Assembly (NCBI RefSeq): GCF_964194025.1
Contig: NC_134480.1
Location: forward strand, 33,418,001 to 33,482,000
DNA: 64,000 nucleotides
Reading direction: 5' to 3'
Source of the DNA: Convolutriloba macropyga
Lineage: Eukaryota
Shown: positions 26,564 to 35,959 of the stretch, piece by piece
Layout: every line of letters starts with the position of its first letter
How positions within the stretch are numbered: the first letter of the stretch is position 1
Notes under the pieces: model-generated
Database searches by the model: none
Told to the model about the DNA's origin: nothing
What the model saw: the letters and a program-made list of their open reading frames with translations, nothing else
Position numbers and translations under genes: made by a program

Positions 26564-26869
26564 TTTGTTCTGCTATTTGTTCAATTGTCGAATTCTTTGT
26601 CTTAAAGTTTGCATTCTTAAAAGTTTACATAAATTTTCCTGTCAGATATAATTAGTTTTGCAAAAAAAAGGTTCGCCCAAGGCTTTTTTGAGTCTTGTTT
26701 TGCTTGATAATTTCTCGCTCGATTTTGTTAGTTCTTCTGACTTTATTCTATAAGATGTGTTGTTTGTAGAGAATTAAATTTTTTTCGAGTGTCCAATTTT
26801 TCTTTGCAGATTTATTAAGAGAATAAGAAGAGATTTAAATTTCTTGTCTTTGTTGCCGTAGGTTTGAGC

Positions 26870-27440
26870 ATCAGCAATTTTTTTTATAAAAAAAGAGTGA
26901 GGCTTATAATAGGGAAAGCAATACTGAATTCTAAAGTTATGATTTAAAGAAATGATAACAATGCTAAATATGTGATTTGCCTTCCGAAAGAATTCGTAAA
27001 TTTTATAATAAGTGCTTTTCTTCATAAATATCTTTTTGGCTTGGGTAAGTGTAAAGCTAAGTTTCTAAATTCCGAAATGGTTAGGAGGGCGTGTTGCCTT
27101 CCGATTTATTAGAAGAGAGTGAGGCACATAATAGGGAAAGCAAAAGCTTAGCAAGAGCCCAAAGTCTTTATTGAATTTCAAAGCTTTTTTAAAGAAATCT
27201 TAACAATGCTAAATATGTGATTTGCCTTCCAAACGAAATCGTAATTTTTATAATTTTAAGTGCTTTTCTACATAAATATCTTTTTGGCTCGGGTAAGTGT
27301 AAAGCTAAGTTTCCAAATTCTGAAATGGTTAGGAGGGCGTGTTGCCTTCCGACTGATATAAATTTTCGATTTCTTGTTAGAATTAACTCGAGGCTTGATC
27401 GGAATTTTTTTGATGGTGCTATTTGGGTGTGTTGCCTTCT
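26870..27440. repeat. ~245-bp direct duplication carrying GGAGGGCGTGTTGCCTTCC motifs
   Basis: ~26945-27105 matches ~27190-27352; a third motif copy lies at ~27426. Confidence 0.8.
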
Positions 27441-27568
27441 AGCACTTTGCGTTGATTTCAATCTATTTCTCGCTGCGGTTGCTACAACGTGAGCGTTGTT
27501 CTTGAAAACGTTTGCGAGTGAAATGAACAGTTTTTGTAAAATAAACTCTGCTCTTCAGTGATTGAAAA

Positions 27569-29384
27569 ATGGCAACTCGAACGTCTAGTAAGGGCAGGAA
27601 GATAGTGAAGCCCACAAACTTCAGCACTGACAGTGAAGTTGAGTTGCAGGAAACAGCCCAAAGTCAAATGCGAGACAGCAGATTTCTGTTTTATTATGGC
27701 AAAAATGCGTTCTCAACTGCCCTGAATTCATCGAGCTGGCCACAGGGGACTTCCTGGAAATATAAATTAAGTCTGGAGCTAGGTCAAACATATCCAATGA
27801 TTCACAATGAAACTCAACCAGAATGCATCTATCTCGGAAAAGGTTCACAATCTGAAATATCACGTCATAAACTTGTTGTTTTGGCTCAATTGAAAAAAGG
27901 AGAACCTCCAAGCTTCGTTCCGGAGACAATTCTTCGTGACAACAGAGATGAGGAGGTCATTTCAGAAGATTGCGAAACTCCTCTTCATTCCCCTCTTACG
28001 CAGCATGTGTCCCAGGCTGCGGGGTCAACATCTCTGATAGTTAACTATAAGGCAACGAAGACTGCCGAAATAGAGAGCGCCAAAAATAAAAGTTCGTCAT
28101 GTGAGCAGTTTCAACTTTTTTTTGCGGAAAATCAATCAAGGATGGCACGGGCCGAATCCAGTTTCGAGAAAATTAAGAAGCAATCAGATCGCCGCAAGAG
28201 GAAGCTGGTGAACGAGTTCAATGATTCGGTAGTATCTGTTTGCAGTTTTTTGAAATTAATGTCTAGACAAAATAAAAATCTAAGGCAGTCGCTGCTTCGT
28301 TGCTTGAAAAATTGAACAAGAAAAAATGGCCGGCAAAATTGCACAAAATCTTTCATGTTTCAACTTCTGAAGCTAGGTTTCTAATGAAAATTGTATTAAA
28401 ATATTTTGGTTACAAAATTCTACAATTTTGCTTCTTTTTTGACTCTACGTCTTTTTTAGACAATACGTATTTATGACACTAAAGACGTTCTGTAAATTCA
28501 GTAAAAAAGACTATTTTCTTGGTTGTTTTCTAGCGCTCTGAATTTCATATCAAAATGATACTAACATTTAAAAGCGTTTTGTTTAGCTGGAGGAGTTAGA
28601 GGAGTGCGTGAGAATCCAAAAGTTTGGGTTTGAGAGTGTCGATCAAAATCCGCATCTTCTTGAAACGTTCCCCGGTGTCCGTGTTATGAAAGGAGATGTT
28701 GATTTGATGCAAATTGAAGCCAATGAATTTCCTAGCAGGCTAGGACGAGCCCTTCGCAAGGAAATTTTTAGACAAAATGGACTCGTTGAAACAATGATTG
28801 GCGCTGAGCATTCAACTAGAAAAGAGGCAAAGGGCTCTGATGTTAAGCGGTTTTTTGGTTAGATTTTTAAGAGCAACAATTATGATCAACATTAGGGTTT
28901 TGTTAACGGGTTTTGTATTTTAAATATAACGTTTGTTTTTTAAATATATAAAGTCTTAATAAATTAGATAATGGAAAGAAAGATGAGTGACAATCAACAT
29001 ATGCTCTAAAAATCTCCTGCCACTACTGGAGGAAAAGATAAATGTTTATTGTTTTGCTTAGGGTATTAAACGTTTCATAAACTAACCAACTTTGTCATGT
29101 TTATCTTTTGTAAGGTTCTTCAAATTCTTAGATTAGAGCAAATATAGTAATTGTTTAAATAGGCGCTGTGCTGATAAAGGTATAGAGTTGTCGACATTCT
29201 TTAAAATGCTTTAGAAGTTATCAACGGTAAGTATCCGCTTACTCCCCGATTGGCATTCAAACTGGCAAAGGATGCAGCCAATCAAGCGGGAAGAGAAGTG
29301 AAAAGCTATCGATCACAACTTGTTCATGAAGAGAGAAACAGCACAGAAAATGAAATAGACAACAGAGGAGAACCTATCAATTGA
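27569..29384 (+). CDS. Spliced coiled-coil + BEN-like domain protein B (exons 27569-28228, 28587-28857, 29215-29384)
   Basis: Phase-0 intron with a TACTAAC branch site (28559-65), then a phase-1 intron. The product SRLGRALRKEIFRQNGLVETMIG...DVKRFF/EVINGKYP..DW..KLAKDAANQAGR fits the BEN helical pattern (L...lF....L....G ... V...fP...W......N.k.R). Confidence 0.7.
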
Positions 29385-29744
29385 AAATGTGCCATACTAC
29401 TGAGTTAGCAAATAGAAAAAAACAAACAGGTGCTCATGTCAAGCAGCAATGATTCTAAATAGTTTTAGAATTTTATAGTGAATTCTTTCACCCCCCCCTT
29501 CTTATTAAAGCTATGTTAGTTTTGATTACAACCCGTTTTGGTTTAGTAGCGATTGTTAACTGCTTGTTAAACAATAGTTTGAAAAATCAGTTCATCTTAA
29601 ATTGCCACTGCATCTCTTGTGCCGCTAAATTTAATCGATACTATTGAATCGAACTGAACACAATGTTTGATAACGCTCAAAAATAAAGTTTTGAAACAAC
29701 TTTTTCCTATTGCATTGTGATTTTTTGTTAAATTAGTGCGCTGC

Positions 29745-31230
29745 TATGAGGGTGTAATTCTCCCTGATACCAATGAGATATGTTACTGCTTTGCTCTGAC
29801 AGTTATGTTGCTAAGAAATATGAAATTGATATTCGGTTGTGTTGCCATCAAGAACAAATCAATGAAAAAGGTCTAGGTGAAGATTTAATAGCAATATTTT
29901 TTACGTGGAGTTTGCGCAGTGCTCCGAGGGTGTGTTGCTCTCTGGTACTAATGAGATAATTTAAAGGTGACCGCTTACAAGCAGCATAGGTTTTGTTTAA
30001 AATAGTGAGAAGGCTATGAGGGCGTGTTGCCTCGAGCAGAAATAAACGAGAAACTATTAGGTGAAGATTTAAAGGCGGGTGATTAAGTGTGATTTTTTTC
30101 CTGTGCTACGAGGGCGTGTTGCCTTCTGGTACTAAGGAGAAATGTCGCAGGTTTGTGCAGAGACAGTGTGTAATATTGAAAAATTCGGGATGCTATGATG
30201 ATGTTGCCTTCTAGAGAAAGTAAATGAAAACTTCTAGCTGAAGAAATAATAGCGAGGTGCTTTTGTAAAATTTGTGCAGTGCTACCAGTATCTGTTTGCC
30301 TCTTGCACCAATGCGATTTTTTACTGGTTTTGCGCTAACAGTCAGAGTTTGTTGTGTTTGAGTGCCATGAGGGTGTGTTGCTCTCTGGTACTAAAGAGAG
30401 AATTTAAATGTGACCACTTAAAGGGAGCATAAGTCTTGTTTAGAATAGTGAGAAGGCTGTGAGGGCGTGTTGCCTCGCAGAAATAAACGAGAAATTATTA
30501 GATGAAGATTTAAAAGCGCGTGATTGATTGTGATTTTATCCTTTGCTACGAGGGCGTGTTGCCTTCTGGTACTAAGGAGAAATGTCGCAGGTTTGTGCAG
30601 AGACAGTGTGTAATATTGAAAAATTCGGGATGCTATGATGATGTTGCCTTCTAGAGAAAGTAAATGAAAACTTCTAGCTGAAGAAATAATAGCAAGGTGC
30701 TTTTGTAAAATTTGTGCAGTGCTACCAGTATCTGTTTGCCTCTTGCACCAATGCGATTTTTTACTGGTTTTGCGCTAACAGTCAGAGTTTGTTGTGTTTG
30801 AGTGCCATGAGGGTGTGTTGCTCTCTGGTACTAAAGAGAGATTTTAAATGTGACCGCTTAAAGGGAGCATAAGTCTTGTTTAGAATAGTGAGAAGGCTGC
30901 GAGGGCGTGTTGCCTCGCAGAAATAAACGAGAAACTATTAGGTGAAGATTTAAAGGCGCGTGATTTATTGTGATTTTATCCTTTGCTACGAGGGCGTGTT
31001 GCCTTCTGGCTGGTACTAAGGAGAAATATCGCAGGTTTGTGCAAAGAGACAGTGTTATTTTGAAAAAAATTTGAGTTGCTCTGAGGATGTTGCCTTCTAG
31101 AGAAAGTAATTGAATTTTCCTTGGTGAAGAGTTAAAAGCTAGGTGCTTTGGTAAAATTTGTGCAGTGCTACGAATATCTGTTCCCCTCTTGTACCAATGA
31201 GAGTTTTTTTACTGGTTTTGCGCTTCACCA
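29745..31230. repeat. ~440-bp tandem repeat, about 3.3 copies, rich in GAGGG(C/T)GTGTTGC
   Basis: GCTACGAGGGCGTGTTGCCTTCTGG at 30105, 30545 and 30985. The array ends just before the SET-transposase ATG. Confidence 0.9.
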
Positions 31231-31252
31231 AAAGTTTAGGTTCCAGTTAGCA

Positions 31253-34206
31253 ATGAGTGAGTGCGAAAACCTAGCGCAAATCGAAGGACAACTGTCTGAA
31301 AAATTGTTGAAAGATTTCCCGAATTCACCAAAACTTTTGACTGTGCTATGGAGTAAGGATGATTTTGAATTAAAACTGCGCAATGACCGAAAGCTGAAAA
31401 AACTGTTTATGGATATGAGCGAATCATACAAAGCTGCTATGGATTTTGGACTGAGTATTGAACCAGACAAATACGGAGGATTTTGCTTGGTGAATCGGTC
31501 GATGAGCGCCATCAAGCCTGGTGAAATTGAGGTGGCCGTTGGATTGTTAGCTAACCTGCCAAAAGAAAACTCGTATAAAGACTGGTCAGTTATGGAAGGA
31601 GGAAAACTCCTAGTTGGAGTGGCTAGGTGGGCTAATCATTCCTGTAAAGCTAATTGCGACTACTACATGAAAGGTGGTTATCGTGGACGACAATGTGTTA
31701 GGTTGAGAGCGCTGAAGCAAATAGAAGACAATGAAGAGCTGACAACCTTCTACAACGAAGACGCTTTTGGAGAAGAAAATGTCGATTGTCTTTGCAGTCA
31801 TACAGAAGAGCATGGAAGGAGTGCAAATTTAGTGCAATCAACTTCACAAACTGTAGTGAGAGCTGTAAAACGAAAACGTCTACCAAAAGCAGAAATTCGA
31901 TATGCACAACAAGCAACAGAGTTTGATTCTTTCTTTGCTTATTACGAAGACTCATCGAATTTTAGCCTGTCCTCATTAAATGAAGCGCCCTCTTTTCCTA
32001 TAGAAACTTCCCCAAACAATACTGCGGTTCCTCAAATCATCACATCAGATTCTATTGACGACGAAATGGGCAGCAGTAATGGAACAACTGACGAGTCATT
32101 GAACAACGCTCAATTTCAATTTTTCCCCGAGTATGAAAGCGATGAAAGTTCACAGTCTGACACCGAAGCTGTAAGGGAACTTGCCTCATTCAATCGATCT
32201 TCTCTATGTGATTTTGTGAGTGACTGCAGACCAGTCTCTGTGTCAAATCTAGCTTTTTCCATCATGTCGTTAGTAATAAAGCATAATTGTTCTGACCAAA
32301 TGATGTACGAACTTCTAAAACGCGATCAAATTATTTTAAATGGTGAAAGTTTAGCACCATGGACAATACAAAAGAAGTTGGGTGAATTTGCCGCTCAATA
32401 TCAATGTAGAAAAGAACTTTTGTCGAACGGTGAACAAATTTATCTCAATTTCAGTCCGCTTCTTCTGAAAATTGTTCAAAATTCGATCAACGGCATGTTG
32501 AGATACGCAGAGTTGAGAAAAACAACAAACGATATAATTATGCCTAAACTGGAAGTTATTGAACGGCAAGTGACAATTAGGTTAATTTTGAACTTGGACG
32601 GAGCCCTGGTCTCAAAATCTCCTCCTAAAACAGCCTGGCCGCTCCTGATAGCGATTGCCGATCTACCTCCGAAAAAACGACAGATGTTTCAAAACATAAT
32701 TTTAGGATCTCTTTTTGTTGGAAACGGGACACCGAATTTTGACGACGTTTTTGATCATTTCGAGCGACAGATATCTACACATGAGGAGGTAACACTGGAT
32801 GGTGATCGAGTTAAGGTTAAGTTCGAGCCAATCTTTTTTGTAGCAGATTTAATTGGCAAAGCAAAAGTATTGAATATCAAACAATGCAACGGATATTATG
32901 GTTGCTCTCTCTGCACTCAGCGTGGCTTCCACATGGATGGAGCGCATCACTATCCACATGACTTTGATGTTCATAAAAATATGCGGTCTCCTGAAAGTTA
33001 TCTGGAGAACTTGAAGAACCTGGATGAGGGATCTCAACAAAAACTCAAAACCCTCAACGGTAAAAAGAGTGATTTTGAAAAATTCACTCAAGGAGTAAAG
33101 GGCAGGAGCAAAATTTTTTCTGTTATCGCTAATCAGCCGCTCTCTTCGCCGGTTGATACAATGCATCAACTTTTTCTTGGCGTATCGAGGGACCTACTAA
33201 CGTATTTTTACGACCGCATGAAAGCAGACAGTAAAAGAAAATTGAATAAAATACTTTCGGGTATTCAAACTCCAAGAGAAATGAAACGATCAGTGCGATC
33301 TTTCGATCATCTCGCAAATATGAAAGCCAGCGAGCTAAAAGTTTATTTGCTATATCTGGCGTCCATCGTCTTACCCATTTTTTGTTTGGAGAAGACCGGA
33401 GGTCCGATAAAACGGATCTTTTTAAACTAGTTTTTTCTTTGCGCAGTTTATATGATGACAATCGAAACTCTAAATTTTGCAGACTTTTGTTAGACGAGTT
33501 TTGCGTCAGCATGGCTGAAAAAAATCCCAAGAAGTTCGAGTCGATCAATTTCCATCTATTGAGACATCTTGCTTGGCAAGCTGCTGAGATTGGTCCTCTC
33601 TTCGTTACTTCAGCATCAATGTTTGAATCGGCTCTTCACCTTCTGATTGCTCCGTTAACTGGAACAACAAACCACTGTAAACTAATGGTAGAGAGATTCA
33701 TCAGAGGCAAAGTGGTTTCTGAGATAGATTATAGTGAAGATGATTTGGCGCAGTTTCTAAGGTTTTCTGACAATCCGTCGGATGTGAACGAAGAATTTGG
33801 CCTCGTAGAATCAGAAGAATTAAGAGAATTCAGGTTCAACAATCCGTCAGCTCGAGTGTTCTGTCGATTCAGGAAGAATTTTTATTTTGGCTCTTTAGCG
33901 TACGGGCGGGAATCAGGTGCAGATATTTTTGCATGTGTAGACGCGTCAACAATGGCTATTGGGAAAATTCTTTTCTTCTATGAGCTGGATGGTGAATTTT
34001 GTGTGCTTCGTGAACAAAAAATTGTTTCAACATTTAAACTTGTTCAACAACCAGAAGGTCCGGTTTCTTATTTTGCATACGTCGTTGAAGACAAGAATAG
34101 CACAATTCATGTTGCAGTAGATGCATTAGAAATAAAGTTTTTTCCTGTAAAAATTGAGGACAATTTGTATCTTGTTCCACTACTCAGTAACTTTGAGCAT
34201 GATTAA
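31253..34206 (+). CDS. SET domain (Suv4-20/KMT5-like) fused to a CMC-EnSpm/CACTA DDE transposase; ~984 aa if the 1-nt frameshift at 33378-33383 is corrected
   Basis: SET: DWSVM...GVARWANHSC..NC...LRALKQIEDNEELTTFY...FGEENVDCLC. Transposase: LNLDG...AWPL...DLPPKKR..N, FVADL, NGYYGCSLC, DTMHQLFLGV, KASELK, NFHLLRHL...GPL...SASMFES. The two ORFs (to 33430, and 33382-34206) are joined by adding one T to a T6 run. Confidence 0.9.
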
Positions 34207-34542
34207 TTTTTAGTTTTCAGTTTCAATTTTGATTATAGCTACGCTGTTGATTCATTAACGTATGATCTGTTATTGTCATTGTATATTTTGAAAACAATCA
34301 ATTTGCAAAACTCGATATATTGAAAACAATCAATTTGCAAAACAATCGATATTTTGAATAGTAATTTTGCTGCATGACTTTTTAACGTATTGCTTGTTTT
34401 ATTTTATTGACATAAATTTTAAACAATTATTTTGCGAAACTTAGTTGAAAACAAAGTCATCTTGCAGAACGCAGGCAAATTCCAATCTCTTTACATTATT
34501 TTTCTTTTGCTTGTTCTAAAAATTTGCATCCTTCCAGACGTA

Positions 34543-34821
34543 ATGAGGCAAACAATTTTGAGTTTTGAGAACAACCGTTTGATTTATCGAATACAACCTG
34601 CTGACATAGCTGATAATGTCGAATCAAGTGAAGTTGACTTGCTCAGGAGTCAGATCTTTGCTTTGGAGGAAAAGGTTGCTCTCCTTACGAAAAGAGTAGA
34701 AGACCTGGAACGTCTTCGACCTGTTGAGATAATCGATTTGACACAAGATGAAAGTTTCACAACAACTGTTTCGGTGTCGTCTAACCAAAGCGATGATATA
34801 GAGATGAATGGACTTTTTTGA
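34543..34821 (+). CDS. Small coiled-coil protein with a SUMO-interacting-like motif (VEIIDLTQDE)
   Basis: ATG at 34543, heptad leucines LRSQIFALEEKVALLTKRVEDLE, then IIDLT and an acidic/Ser tail. Coding-like composition. Confidence 0.55.
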   Translation: MRQTILSFENNRLIYRIQPADIADNVESSEVDLLRSQIFALEEKVALLTKRVEDLERLRPVEIIDLTQDESFTTTVSVSSNQSDDIEMNGLF

Positions 34822-35264
34822 GCCGGGCAGGATCTTAAGCTTTTAAATAGCACGATAGTTTCTGGTTTTCTCTAGTAAAATGTTCAAGCTGGTTCTTTTA
34901 GATTTTTGAATTGTTCAAATGTAGTTTGTTTTCTACTTAATTGTATTAAAGATTTGATACCCCTGCTTTTTTGATGCTGAATTGAACTTGATTTTTTGCT
35001 TTTCCAACTGGCTAACAATTTATACATATTATAAATCGAGGACAAGCTTGTGTTTTACTAATTTTTCGAGGAGGTTCGGAGGGTGTATTGCCTTCTGCCG
35101 CAAAAGTATCACTTTCATTCCATAATTTTCTATTTTGCTTCAAGCTTTTTTCGTTTATACCTTGACATAGACTGGAGGGTGTGTTGCCTTCCGGCTAATG
35201 TTATGACATTGCTCATAAGTTGTACTTTTTTTCTAATGATCACGAAAATTTTTAGTTTCTCGAA

Positions 35265-35570
35265 ATGAGTTCCCAGCTACTGATCAGCGTACCGGGGACA
35301 TTAGTGATGGGATCTTTTGTAGTACTCAGATTTGTGGTAATTTTCGAGACCGCAGTTTTGACAACGTGGCAGCCAATACAAATGGTTCAAATGATCCTTT
35401 TGAATGACGGAGTTGAGCATACATTATCTTTGACCCCAAATACCCCAGAATTTGAGTCCTTTATGGCATGGGTTACTGAAGTTGAAATGAGCGACGAGCA
35501 GGAGCAAGCTTTGTATCCTCTGATTGCGGTTCTTGGAGACTACTACGGTTCCTCTGATAGCGAACACTGA
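35265..35570 (+). CDS. Hypothetical 101-aa acidic protein
   Basis: ATG-initiated ORF with GC above the flanks, same strand as the other cargo genes, preceded by two copies of the shared motif. No family recognised. Confidence 0.4.
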   Translation: MSSQLLISVPGTLVMGSFVVLRFVVIFETAVLTTWQPIQMVQMILLNDGVEHTLSLTPNTPEFESFMAWVTEVEMSDEQEQALYPLIAVLGDYYGSSDSEH

Positions 35571-35959
35571 CTACTATTTCGATCAGATCTACAGTGCTAA
35601 ATTTTAATTGTTTGCTCATGATAACAAACTTTCTTAGGCTGTGCTTATTTCGAACAATTTTTTTAAAAATGTGCTAAGTTTTTACTCTGTTTTATGTTTG
35701 TGATAAAGGAACTAATTTCTCTCAATTAATGCGCAATTAAAAACTTCGATGTTTTATGTTTATGATAAAGAAACCAATTGAAAGCTTGTCTTCTTTCTTG
35801 TTTTTCATGCATTTAGTGAGTGTGGTTAATATGAGTGTCAGTATTATCCAATAAAACTTTTAGTCTGATGCGAAATATAGGCTGAAAGAATATTAACTCT
35901 AGTTATTAACTCTAGAATTTTAGGCTGAACGAATATTAACTCTAGTTATTAACTCTAGA

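Noticed and set aside
29163-29214. Alternative acceptor at 29162 for BEN-B exon 3
   Set aside because: Gives an in-frame stop after a few codons; the 29214 acceptor preserves the alignment with paralog A.
31148-31252. TTG start and N-terminal extension of the 760-aa ORF
   Set aside because: Lies mostly in the last unit of the 440-bp repeat; the first ATG at 31253 is the plausible eukaryotic start.
31253-34206. Calling the gene SETMAR or the host Suv4-20
   Set aside because: The transposase motifs are EnSpm-type rather than mariner, and the gene is intronless, divergent and inside a TIR-bounded element.
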